From NCBI RefSeq assembly GCF_006345805.1, contig NC_043014.1:30070001-30134000 (forward strand): a DNA stretch of 64,000 bases. Reading direction: 5' to 3'. The DNA comes from Octopus sinensis. Taxonomy: Eukaryota. Position numbers and translations under genes: made by a program. The notes under the pieces are model-generated. The model did not search any database and was not told the origin of the DNA. It saw only the letters and a program-made list of their open reading frames with translations. Below, piece by piece: positions 1 through 11,395 of the stretch. Numbering within the stretch: position 1 is the stretch's first letter; each line of letters starts with the position of its first letter.

Positions 1-457
1 TGTGAGATAAGCTTGCAAAGTTAGCTTCCAGTGAGATGGAGCCCCATCCTGTTGAAAAATGAAGCATTTATGTTTATTTGCAATGAGCTCATCAAATAAC
101 CATTTTTGATGCATTTGCAAATAAACACAACCAGTCACATTTCTCTCAAAGAAAAATGGTCCATAAAGATGATTCTTGGAGATTGTACAGAACACATTCA
201 CTTTCAATGAATTCCTTATGTGCATCAGGATTTTCTTCCTCACAAATACAAACATTATACTTACTGACTTAGCCATTCATATGAAATGTGGCCTCATCAC
301 TGAAAACAAGATACTTTTCAAACTCCTTATCTTCAAGTTTTTCTTGTATAGTGACATAGAATTGCATGCACTTTTCCTTGTCATTGGTATTTAAGGCTTG
401 AATGAGCTGCAGCTTATAGAGTGTCATTTGCAAGCATTTCCTTACTACACACCAAAG
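1..457 (-). mobile_element. Decayed Tc1/mariner (maT/DD37D-like) transposase fragment
   Basis: Minus-strand ORF 269..496 contains TLWCVVRKCLQMTLYKLQLIQAL and LVFSDEATFHMNG. Broken frames further downstream give VNVFCTISK, GPFFF and FQQDGAPSHW. Interrupted at ~458 by another repeat. Confidence 0.85.
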
Positions 458-870
458 TGTTGGGATCTTTTCGGTTTGAATGGCAGTTTTTAACATAATT
501 TCCAGGGAGCTAAAAAATTTTAAACTTCGTATACTGGTAGAATGTGTTTATAAAACATCATTTTCTCTTGCCTTTCTTGAGAAAATTCTATAGTTTGTAA
601 CATATTTTGTCTTTAATTTCTTGCATTTTGGCAATTTTAACCAATCGCTGACCGTCCATTGAGGTGAAAGCATTCTGTGCGTCATCAATATGTCCCTCCT
701 TTAAGAAACAGATTGGGTTTATTTACATTTGTGAAGAAAAAAAGATACCCTTCCCCCACCCTTAACCCTAACTAACCCTAAATCTAAAATAGATTGAAAT
801 GCAATAGATGATACTCGGGTCATAATTATGGGTGACAATTTCATATGACACTGCTAGAAAAATCTTATTA
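458..870. repeat. Unclassified interspersed repeat with CCCTAA-like tract (copy 1)
   Basis: tgttgggatcttttcggtttgaatggcag...cccttaaccctaactaaccctaa. It recurs in reverse complement at 15633-15971. Confidence 0.75.
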
Positions 871-1250
871 TAATAATGAGAAGCGCTTAGAAATGTTGTC
901 AACTGAGAATAGTGAAAAGACACACAAATATTATAAATTAAATTTCAAAGAAACTCTTAGCTATAAAATATTTTCTCATTAAGTTTTTAGTAAGGGTAGA
1001 ATTTACTTATTTTTAAGTTCAAATAGATATCTAAAAAATTAGCTGTACTGTGATTGGTATCAACAGTTATTCTTAAAATATATAACTAAAAAGTTATGTG
1101 AGGTTTTTGTAAATCTGTTTAATTCGTGGCCACTCGTACTGTATTATTAATAACCCATCATCTCTGTAAAGCCTTCTTTTCAATGTATGGAAGTTGTTAG
1201 ATAAATAGTCTTGCATAATCATATGTCTTCACAGAAACATCTAATCATTT

Positions 1251-1710
1251 CAAGAGGTAATATTTATCCCCACTGAAACTTGGATGTTCTGTTAGTACAA
1301 ACTTTACTGCTGTAGATACCATGAGAGAAACTTTCATATTGGCTTTTGGTGTAAAAATTACTGTTGTATATATCGCTAGTGGGGAGATAAATCCCCACCA
1401 GATCATGTGATTTCAATCTTCCTTGGTCTTGTCAGTGATGGACACTTGACCACTAGAGATAGCAGCAACACATTTCCCTGCTAGTGATATATAGAATAAC
1501 TACCAGAACAGGTGCTGGTATCACGATTAGCCAGTGAGTTTGTTAAAAATATATATATTCATGATAGAGGCATTATTAATACCAAGAGGTAATATTTATC
1601 TCCACTTAAACATGGATATTCTATTAGAATAAAATATACTGCAGTAGATACCATGAGAAAACCCTCATATTGGCTTTTAGTGCAAAAAATACTCTTGTTT
1701 ATATCACTAT
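1251..1710. repeat. Unclassified repeat, one full (1251-1495) plus one partial (1583-1710) tandem copy, with an internal inverted repeat
   Basis: caagaggtaatatttatc(c/t)ccact...gtagataccatgaga starts at both 1251 and 1583. A third copy lies at ~47722-47992. IR arms are 1367-1387 and 1473-1493. Confidence 0.7.
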
Positions 1711-2749
1711 TAAATAATTTGTTTTCATTTTTTGGCTACAAGTAGAAATGTAAAAGAAAAAAAAAGTATTTGTATGCATGCACATATGATTATTTTGATA
1801 TCAGAATCACTAACAAGCATAATGGTTTTGGTGAAGGCTAAGGTTTTAAGAAAGGATTAGTAATATGTATGTATGCATGTTTGTCCAACCTACGCCTCCG
1901 TGGAAAATGGGCATTGAATGATGATGATAATGTTGGTATGTGTTTATATACAAACATATGTGTGTGTGTGTAAGTGTGCATTTGTGTATGTATGCATATA
2001 AATGTGTATGTATATGTGGACATAAATATATCTACATGTATGTGTATGTGTGTCTGGATATGTATATGTATGTACATACTCATTATTTATATATAAAGAT
2101 AGTTAGACAGCCAGACAAAGAGTATGAAAGCTAGGAAGCCAATGAAATAGTTAAATTATCTAGAAATGGGTTGAAGTGTTAGCAAAAAACTTTTAATTAG
2201 TGACCCCAAATGACATCCAAAACAGTCCACAAATGACAATGTTTTTATATGCAGAAAGACAACATTCTAAAGGTTAATGATTGCATGAAGGTTCTATTTT
2301 TGGCTTGCCAACATAATAATGAGTCTCGTCACCATTCCAAATTATTCCAGATTAAATATCCTGCTTTATTCTTGTACATTCCTGTAAGTTAACCGCCCTG
2401 TGAAAGTTCACTGTGGGTAGCTTGCCTGCTTTTAAAACCGACATATATAGCTAATGTGAAATATACCTAATGTGAAATGTCTCTAAGTTATTCAGAACAT
2501 TAGATGTAATCTAGAGTGCAGAGGAGAGGGATAAGAAGAGAGAGTGGTCAAAAGAAAAAAAAAGGATCAAGGGTAGAGAACCAGGAGGAAGGGAGATAAA
2601 AGCAAGGTAAACAGGAGAAAGACAGGCAAATAGATGCAGAAAGAGACAAAAATAAAACAGATTGGCAGAGAGGGAGGAGGAGAGAGAGAGAGAGAGAAAT
2701 GTCCACATTTTAACAACACTTTTAAATTATGAGTATAAGAAAATAGCAG

Positions 2750-2946
2750 ATGCCCTTGATGGGGTGTTAAACAACTATTGGAAGTGTCTGGCTTGTATTT
2801 TGTTCACAATAATTGTGTTTTGACACTTAACATAAAATGGCCAAGTGCATCTAGCGATAAGGAGATTCCACTGGAAAAGTTGAGACAGCTTTGGAAAAAT
2901 TGACAAATGTTTTGATGTAGTATGGTGCTGAGCTCATCAAGGGGTA
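2750..2946. mobile_element. Possible short MITE remnant
   Basis: Imperfect terminal inverted repeats atgcccttgatg and catcaaggggta. Confidence 0.3.
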
Positions 2947-3420
2947 GGAATCGATTTTACTATTCTCAATGTCTCAATGTTCAATTCCACAAGTTACACT
3001 ATTATAAATGTTATACTATTCTAACAAGGGAACCTCTTAATGATTGCTTGATCAGCTTAAAAAGAAAACACCAAATTTCCTTAGAATCCCATCTATCCTA
3101 CCATAAAAGTAGGAACATATTATATATATTGTATATAATGTACATAGCATCATTGATGCTATATGTCTAAAAACTAAGACATGATCATCATGGCTGCAGC
3201 CTTTAATCATAGGTCTTTTTTTTAGAGCCAATCTGGGGCTAAACAATAATAACAACAGTTGTCCCCAGTATACCAAGTTTGGTTCCATTAATTTCATTTA
3301 ATGATGACATGGCTTCTGACACTTGGAATACATTTGGAAAAAAGTTTAATTTTCTTTTATTGTCTGTGAGTGTGTATATTTTTGGGGTTAATCTCTAGTT
3401 TAGGACCTGTTCACAAAAAT

Positions 3421-3782
3421 GAAAAAAAAAATAGTGTAATAGGTGTAAAATATTGTGTAGTAAACGAGTATGCAAAACAATGCACACTAATGAATGGGGG
3501 TAGGTGGGGAGAAGACTTAGGAAATTCCCATGATCCAGTAACTCAACTTTGACATTTGGCTACCAAAAAAAAGTGCAATAGGTGTAAAATAACATGTAAT
3601 AAACAAATATGAATAAAAAGTTTGTGCCAATGAACGGGGTGGGGGTGGTGAGAGGACTCAGAAAATTCACAATGTGAATTTTCCAAGTCCTTTCCCCACC
3701 CCACGCTCATCAGTATGCATTTTTTTTTGTATTTGTTTACTACACATTATTCTACTCATATTACACTATTTTTATCATTTTT
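3421..3782. repeat. Fold-back repeat: two diverged ~110-bp direct units followed by an inverted unit
   Basis: Units at ~3421-3535 and ~3566-3671 (aatagtgtaataggtgtaaaat...ggact...gaaaattc). Inverted copy at 3673-3782, with centre attcaca-a-tgtgaat at 3672. Confidence 0.6.
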
Positions 3783-3850
3783 TGTTGGTATGGAAATCTG
3801 TAACAATATATATTAGCAATATACAAATAAAAATTACATTCTCACCAAAT

Positions 3851-4984
3851 ATGAGGTGATATCAAAAAGTTTGCATACTAGTTCTGTAGTGCACCAACAG
3901 ATTGCAGTACACTGTTGTGTGAGCAGTGAGAGCAAGCAGTGACATTCATGAGGCAGTGTGCCAAGTGATATCGCTGTGTTTACTTCGCAAGTTGTGAAAC
4001 TTATGTTTTTGTGATCATGTGTGGATGCTGTAGTCTGCAATTTTTGTCATGGACAGCAACTTGAAACAAAGAGCCAACATGAAATTTTATATTAAACTTG
4101 GGAAGTCTGGTACAGAGACATTGAGCATACTTTGGCAAGCTTACAGCAATGAGGCATTGGGTCATATGCAATGTTTCAAGAGGCATGGGCACTTCAAAAA
4201 CAGGAGAACATCCCTGGAAGACGACAAGCAATCTGGAAGACCTGCCACTAACACCACCCCAGAAATGTGGAGAAAATTCATCAGTTTGTGCATAAGGATC
4301 ATTGGAGGACAGTCAATGATGTTTGAGGCATTTGAGGGATGAGATTTGGCAAAAGCAACTGGATCTGTGGAGCACAAACAATTGGATTCTTCATGATAAC
4401 GATGCACCAAGCTCTCCTCGCTTGTGAGTTTGTTTTTTTTTACTTGTTTCAGTCATTTGACTGCGGCCATGCTGGAGTACCACCTTTAGTCGAGCAACTC
4501 GACCCCGGGACTTATTCTTTGTAAGCCCAGTACTTATTCTATCAGTCTCTTTTGCCGAACTGCTAAGTGACGGGGACGTAAACACACCAGCATTGGTTGT
4601 CAAGCAATGCTAGGGAGACAAACACAGACACACAAACGCATACATATATATATATACATATATACGACAGGCTCTTTTCAGTTTCTGTCTACCAAATCCA
4701 CTCACAAGGCATTGGTCGGCCCGGGGCTATAGAAGAAGACACTTGCCCAAGATGCCACTCACCAAAAACAACAGGGTATTGCTTCTGCACCTACCCTATT
4801 TGTCAGATTTAGCACCTACAGACTGCCATCTCTTCCCCAAGATGAAAATGTAGCTCAAAGGTCGTCATTTAAACACTGTTGTAAAGATCCAGAGCAAATC
4901 ACAAAAGGTTCTTGATTCGCTTACGGAAAACGATTTCCAGGCTGGATTCCAACAGTGGCAGGAACGATGGGACCAGTGTATTAT
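3851..4984 (+). mobile_element. Decayed, internally deleted mariner transposon split by a SINE
   Basis: N-terminal HTH region MDSNLKQRANMKFYIKLGKSGTET...LEDDKQSGRP (4049-4260) and WILHDN-like motif near 4385. After the SINE it resumes as LPYLSDLAPTDCHLFPKMK...GFQQWQERWDQCI (4790-4984). Confidence 0.85.
4436..4758 (-). mobile_element. tRNA-derived SINE family A (CORE-like), 5'-truncated
   Basis: Same body and tail as the copies at 5370, 22432, 23139, 42935 and 49259; the tRNA head is missing. Confidence 0.9.
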
Positions 4985-5369
4985 AAAGAGGCACCGTTTT
5001 TGTTGGGGTTGAATTTAGACAAGAACTGACTAGAAGCTCATCATATGTAAAACTAACACCTCTTGCTGGGTGTCACAGTTCAATGCTGTGATGAATACTG
5101 AAAAAGGAAGGCTGAAGACATGACAAGAATCAGAGAAGGGTTTACAAATGGATACATTAATTCATTTTGTAGCACAGAAAAAAACAGAAAAAGAATTCCA
5201 ATAAATTCCAAGTTCATGAAATAGGGAAAATCTGCCACCTGGTGATCAACCAAAGATAAATATTGATTTCAAACATTAGCCCAGGGCCACAAATTTTGGT
5301 GTAGACATAGTTGATTATATTGACTGTAGTGCTTTACGTATGCATGCATGTAAATATGTATGTATTTTT

Positions 5370-5766
5370 TTTTTTACTTGTTTCAGTCATTTGACTGCGG
5401 CCATGCTGGAGCACCGCCTTTAATCGAGCAACTCGACCCCGGGACTTATTCTTTGTAAGCCCAGTACTTATTCTATCGGTCTCTTTTGCCGAACCGCTAA
5501 GTGACGGGGACATAAACACACTAGCATCGGTTGTCAAGCAATGCTAGGGGGACAAACACAAACATACATGCACACACACATATACATATATATACATATA
5601 TACGATGGGCTTCTTTCAGTTTCCGTCTACCAAATCCACTCACAAGGCTTTGGTCGGCCTGAGGCTATAGTAGAAGAAACTTGCCCAAGGTGCCACGTAG
5701 TGGGACTGAACCCGGAACCATGTGGTTGGTAAACAAGCTACTTACCACACAGCCACTCCTGCGCCT
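5370..5766 (-). mobile_element. tRNA-derived SINE family A, full length
   Basis: Head ggcgcaggagtggctgtgtggtaagtagcttg...ggttccgggttcagtccc has A/B-box-like motifs. It is followed by CORE-like ccttgggcaag, an internal (TA)/(TG) tract, and tail gcagtcaaatgactgaaacaagtaaaa. Confidence 0.92.
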
Positions 5767-5974
5767 ATGTATGTCAATATTCAGTTTTATTTCAAGATTT
5801 CTCACCAGATGGTTTCTAACCTCGACCCAAGACCCCTTCCTTAGAAGTTTCACAACATTAACAGGGTATTTTTGTGTGTAAGTGTGTATATGTGCAGTAT
5901 TTGGAGTGAGTGCATGTGCAGATTTGTATGTTTTGTTTTGTGTGCATATTCTCATGCATGTCGTTGCATGTCTA

Positions 5975-6200
5975 TATGATAAAATTCTAGAAAGTTTTAC
6001 AGATTTTTACTGTTCCAGTGATGACTTGGATCTGTGGTCTTCAAATCTTCCATCTGGCTTTGAGAAGACTTATTTCTCAAGACAGAATGTTACATATCCC
6101 AGTGTCCCAATAATTACAGGTATAAACCTGAACTTCTAATCTGGGTAGAGAAACTGTATATTTTTCAGTAGTTCACTGATCTTTTTCACTGATCTCCAGC
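5975..6200 (-). mobile_element. C-terminal fragment of an RLE-type (R4/Dong/NeSL-like) non-LTR element
   Basis: Broken minus-strand frames give KISELLKNIQFLYPD, FIPVIIGTLGYVT and QIQVITGTVKICKTF, which resemble the conserved ORF end of these LINEs. Confidence 0.55.
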
Positions 6201-6204
6201 CTTA

Positions 6205-6365
6205 TGTTAACGTGTGTGTATGTATGTATGTATGTATGTATGTATGTATGTATGTATGTATGTGTGTATGTGTGTATGTATATATGTATGTATGTATGTA
6301 TGTATATATGTATGTATGTATGTATGTATGTACACACACACATACACACATACACATACATATAT
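6205..6365. repeat. (TATG)n/(CA)n compound microsatellite
   Basis: Read directly from the sequence. Confidence 0.95.
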
Positions 6366-6897
6366 GTACGTATTAGGGAAATATACAAATACGCACATGG
6401 AATACATAATCACAGACATATATTTGTCATATATTTACTTATTCATGCATGTATTTGTACAAATGCATAACGACCAGAAATGCACAAAGACTTATATTTA
6501 CAAAACTACAAAAGAAATATATTTATATTTACAATAGTATTACACAAGCATATAGAGACACATTCAAACACACACCCACATGTGCACACACATATCCTCA
6601 CACAAACACACATTCTTTCAAACATACACAACTACATTTATATATATATGTATGTATGTATGTGTTCCAATGTATAAAGGACATGAACACAGTATGACGT
6701 AGGCAAATTGTGTTATAGAACCGAATCTATTCACATTTTTGAAGCTACCTGCTTGGTTGGGTTTGTAATGAGATCATTTAACTAGCATGTTAGTTTCAGT
6801 ATATATCCATATCTATATGTGTATGTGCATGTGTGAGGGAGTGTATTTTTGCTTATGTATGCATGTGTATACATACATATATCACACACACACACAT

Positions 6898-7070
6898 ATC
6901 ATCATCATTATCATCACCACCATTATTTAGCATCGATCTTCTTAGAAGGCATGGGTTGAACAATTTAATGGGATTTAGCAAGTCAGAGAACTGCATTAAG
7001 CATCTATGTCTGCTTTGGCATGGCTTCTATGGTTGGATGGCCCTCATAATGCCAACCCTTTTACATAGTA
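6898..7070 (-). mobile_element. RTE-type 3'-UTR/(GAT)n-tail fragment
   Basis: catcatc...catgggttg...tggcatgg...tggatggccctc motif. Related copies lie at about 12470, 17250, 21240, 32340, 41860, 45547, 50523 and 51391. Confidence 0.65.
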
Positions 7071-7449
7071 AACTAGATGACACTGTATTGCCAAACAATT
7101 CTCAAGACAAAGGAAAAGCCCTCTGAGCTGAGTGGGGTTGTGAAGGGAGGTGGGTTAATGCCATTGGTTGAGAAGCTAAACTATGATAGAGGAATGAGTA
7201 CAGGTTCCTTGTCATGGAGGAGATACATGGCTCACCCAAATTATTTAAAAGTAGCTGGAAAGAAGATGATAGTGGTGATGAGGTGTCATAGTATATGCTC
7301 AAAGAACAAGAAGGTGAGTATTAAATCAAAGGTCCACTGTGTATATGAAAGGTATTGTGAAAGTAATGCAGAAATGAGTGTAACATTTTTTTTATTAATT
7401 GACAAAGGTTGTTCAAATTGCACATGTTGGAAGAGTAACAAAGGTACTA

Positions 7450-8400
7450 CTGAAGATGGTCTTTATCACAATAAGTGATGCATTTGTGCTATTGTTGAAA
7501 CCAACTCTTGAAAAAATTCAGATCTGCACTGTTGCATCTATTTGTTCACAGCCACTTTCATCTCATCTGTGTCATCAAATCATTGTCCCCAAAGTCTGTA
7601 GTTCTTCATGGGACCAAATATATATTTGGACTGTACAATGAATAGGAGACCACTGACTAATCTAGTTTGCTGATTCCTTGATTTGTTACCAAACATATGT
7701 GTCGTCATGCACTGTCATTGTGAATATGGATTGTTTTCAGAGTCTTGTTCAGCCTCTTCCTCCTAAAGGCTTCTCTAAGCTTTTTCAGTGAATCAATGTA
7801 CTGTTTTTTGTATACAGTGTAGCCACATTCAAGAAAATCAAGGAAAATGATGCCTTTATCATTCCCCAAAATATTTTTTGTGTTAATTACTCTTGAACTT
7901 CGGAGACCTTAGAGAAGGACTGTGACACCATTCCATATACTAAGCTTTCATCATAAAGCTACACCCATGTTTCATCCTCTTCTCTCAGATTGGGAAAAAG
8001 TAACTTCGTTAGCCTCAGCACTTACCCTCTTTTTTCCCTCAGATCAGGTATTATCTGCCAAGGGGTTTTGATACCCATAGTCTTCTACCATCTTCTGTAA
8101 CATATTGTGGTCACAGTCCAGTTACACAGCAAGAACATAGATCGTAACTTATCTGTTTGCACAAATCAGTTTGTCCACTCACTGGCAATCTATGTCAGTA
8201 GTCACAGCTAATTTCTTTTATTATGTGGGTAATCTTCAACGTCAGTTCCTACTTCTTTAAACTTCTACATCCATCTGAGTTTGTCAATGATGTAAATAAC
8301 TTGCAGCCTTCTGTTGATATTGAACATCCTGTACTTGTCTGTCCTCAAGAACGCAATAATGGTACATTGACTCTGCTTGGGATCCATTATTTGGCTGCAA
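7450..8400 (-). mobile_element. Heavily decayed mariner transposase
   Basis: Broken minus frames give N-terminal MDPKQSQCTIIAFLR and C-terminal KGIIFLDFLECGYTV..YIDSLKKLREAFRRKR, HNDSA, IFGPMK and FDDTDEMKVAV. Confidence 0.6.
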
Positions 8401-9202
8401 TAAGAAAACAACAGGAAAAAGAGTTACAGTAGAGGCTGAGTTATTTTGCTAACATTAGCAATTTGAATGACCTAAGTCAGTTATTAAAACAGTTATACTC
8501 ACTTTTTCACTTCAGTCAGAGCAACTATTGTGTATGTCTGTGTGTGTGTGTGTTGATTATGTGTATGTGTGACCAATCACATACATAAATTTAACTGTTG
8601 TTAGGTCACTACACCTAATTCAGGTTTAATGCAAAATATTATAACGAACAAAAAAATATATACTTGTGTGTGTGTGTGTGTGTGTTATGCACATGCATGT
8701 ATATGTGCATGTATATTGCTTTGAAGACACAACTGCATCTTTTATACTATTTATATTTTTTATATATTTCTATTTTATTATTATTTCTTTACAAAGAAGC
8801 AAGCTGGCAGAATTGTCACATTGCTAGGCAAATTGCTACTACTAGTAAGCAATTGCTACTAAGACACATTGCTTAGTAGCTTTTCTTACAACTTTATTTA
8901 CTTTCTGAGTTTAAATTCTTCTGACATCGGCCTTACTTTTCATCCATTCAGAGTGAATAAAATAGGTACCAGTTGAATAATGAGGTCAATGCAACTGACT
9001 CACTCCCTCCCCTAAAATTTCAGGCCTACCACCTATAGTAGAAGGGTAGTTCTTTACAACTTATTTTAGATAATGAAGTTCCAAATTTCAACACTATTTC
9101 TAGACCTTCATGGTTTTGTCTTCTCGATGGAGAGCTTTGTGATGATGAATGTTACTGCCATTTTAGAGTAGGCAGGAGCATTATGTATGAGCGAGAGAGA
9201 GA

Positions 9203-9233
<31 letters not shown>

Positions 9234-9269
9234 TAAATTGTCATCTAAATTATGCAAAAATGAAAATAA

Positions 9270-9480
9270 CACTGACAGATATATTTACCAAAATTACATT
9301 AAAATTTCATGAAATACTAAAGAGTAAATTTATTCAGTAAAATCACCATTGGCTTCAACCACGGCCTCCACACGTCTTTGGAATCTTCAGCAACTCTTTT
9401 GAATGGTTTCCTTGTTTAAGTTGGTGAAGGCTGCCATTATCCATGCCTTCAGTTCATCTTTTACATTGTTCAAGAACATT
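9270..9480 (-). mobile_element. Tc1/mariner (maT-like) 3' end
   Basis: Minus strand reads KDELKAWIMAAFTNLNKETIQKSC*RFQRRVEAVVEANGDFTE. Confidence 0.7.
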
Positions 9481-9509
9481 GTTTACAAGATGCACTGTTC
9501 CACTAATCT

Positions 9510-9830
9510 TTATTTGGCTTGCTTTGAATAGGACAACCTGGAGGACTGCTATCTGCAATGGAACCAGCTCCTTTGAGCAGAGCAGACAACAGAATGAGGA
9601 GGTAAAATGCAGGAGAAAGGAGTGTTTACAACATCCTTGACCTGCACTGACCATCTGTGTAAATTCTGCCCACGACTCTTCACCGCTGACTTGGACTCCA
9701 AAGTCACATTCGGTACAAACATCAGCCGAGGAAACTGGATAGAAACTGATGAATCCAATGCTCAGATATGAGCTGGAGCCAACGATAATGTGAGCTACAA
9801 ATATTTCTGGACATATTAAGAAGTATATAA
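9510..9830 (+). mobile_element. RTE (BovB-like) LINE 3' fragment with C-terminal C2H2 finger
   Basis: ALNRTTWRTAICNGTSSFEQSRQQNEEVK...CKFCPRLFTADL.LQSHIRYKHQ. Confidence 0.65.
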
Positions 9831-9849
9831 TAATATATGGGGAGAATTC

Positions 9850-10075
9850 ACAAAAAAAAACAAACAAAAGACGAAGACAGGTGGTGTAGACAACAAAGAG
9901 ATGTATTAGTTTAATGTTCGGGAAGTGAAAAAGTCTTTAATGTTTCAAGCTTACGCTCTTCCACAGAAAGGAACAGAGTAAGGAACAAGGAGAGAAAATA
10001 AAGAATGTGTAGTGGCTAGCGATCTATCATGGCGAATGCTGGACAGAAGGGTCACACAGGAGAGTTAGGAAGAAG
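9850..10075 (-). mobile_element. Penelope-like terminal-repeat remnant (tentative)
   Basis: Shares aaacaaaagacgaag(a/g)caggtgg with the repeat at ~35400-35490 and has a decayed HHR-like gaagagcgtaagcttgaaac. Confidence 0.4.
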
Positions 10076-10743
10076 GGGAGATAATAAAGTAGTGGTGATC
10101 CCAAAACGAAGGTGCACGTGCATGTGTATAAGAGAGTATGTATGTGCATGTGGAAGAGGGCTGGTGACCTTGATGTGTGCGTGTGTGTATGTGTAGGTGT
10201 GAAAATGTGGGTTTGGGAAGTGGTCGGTGCTAGTGTGTGCATGGTGGTGTGATGTGATGTGTTGTGTGGTGTGGTGTGGTGTGATGGTGTTGGGAGGTGG
10301 GGGAGGCGAGAGTGGAGAAAGCAAGGGTGGTGTGTGAGTTAGGCTGAGGGTGGGGGTATATAATAATATACTTCATTAATGACATCCACAACTTATCACC
10401 ATCATCATACTTATTCACCAAGTTTCTTCTTTTTCTTCATCATCTTCTTCTCCTCTCCTCCTCTTCTTTCTCTCTCCACCACAACCCCTCCTCCTCCTTT
10501 TCTTTTTTCTCCTCTTCCTCCTTTTCTTTTTCCTCCTCTTCCTCCTCCTCATCATTATTATTGGCATTTCTTTTAAATCATTCCAATATCTTACAGAACA
10601 GGTTTTCTGTTCTTTATGGAGGTGTATGTGTATGTGAGTGTGTGTGCATGGAGGTATATGTGTATGTGAGTGTGTGTGCATATTTTTCTTTTTTACCAAG
10701 TGGAATGTATAATTTACTAAATATATTGTTTTATTGCCATTTC

Positions 10744-11165
10744 ATATATGGCTGTGTGGTAAGAAGCTTGATTTCCAACCACATGGTTACTAGTTCAGTT
10801 CTACCATGTGATGCTTTGAACAAGTGTCTTCCACCGTGGCCCTGAGCTGACCAACCAAAACCTTCGGAGTAGACTGGTAAACAGAAACTGAAAAAAATGC
10901 GGCGAGGTGGCAGAAACGTTAGCACGCCGGGTGAAATGTTTAGCAGTATTTCGTCTGCTGCTACGTTCTGAGTTCAAATTCTGCCGAGGTTGACTTTACC
11001 TTTCATCCTTTCGGGGTCAATAAATTAAGTACCAGTTACATACTGGGGTCGATCTAATCGACTTAATCCCTTTGTCTGTCCTTGTTTGTTCCCTGTGTGT
11101 GTAGCCCCTTGTGGGCAGTAAAGAAATAAGAAATAAGAAACTGAAAAAAAGCTCATCATATATAG
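10744..11165 (+). mobile_element. Older SINE family A copy hosting a nested SINE B
   Basis: Head tggctgtgtggtaagaagcttg...; the body is split at agaaactgaaaaaaa, which is duplicated. Confidence 0.8.
10898..11135 (+). mobile_element. tRNA-derived SINE family B (Meta-domain-like core) with 15-bp TSD
   Basis: ggcgaggtggcagaaacgttagc...ttctgagttcaaattc...cctttcatcctttcggggtcaataaa. TSD agaaactgaaaaaaa at 10883-10897 and 11136-11150. Other family B copies at about 8880, 14140, 16726, 23895, 28020, 33500, 44140, 57030 and 57180. Confidence 0.9.
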
Positions 11166-11395
11166 AGAGAGAGGGGGAGAGAGAGTGAAAGAGAGAGAGA
11201 GAGTGGGAGAGAGAGTGTGTGTGTGTGAAAAAGGGATAAGTTATTATCTCTCAAATTAGTTTAGATGCCAGCTATCCACAACAGTTTATTATATAGTACT
11301 CAAACTCAGAAAAGAGATACTGGTACTGGTAACTTCACTTGTTGGGTAATTCTGTGTTCCTATTCAGAACTGCAAATAGTCTGTAGATTATTTAA

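Noticed and set aside
6003-6119. Apparent 117-nt phase 1-1 plus-strand exon (DFYCSSDDLDLWSS...NVTYPSVPIITG)
   Set aside because: The opposite strand reads as an RLE-type LINE C-terminus (FIPVIIGTLGYVT...ITGTVKICKTF), which explains the sequence better.
9925-9970. HHR-like gaagagcgtaagcttgaaac on the minus strand
   Set aside because: The CTGANGA core is absent and no convincing stem I forms.
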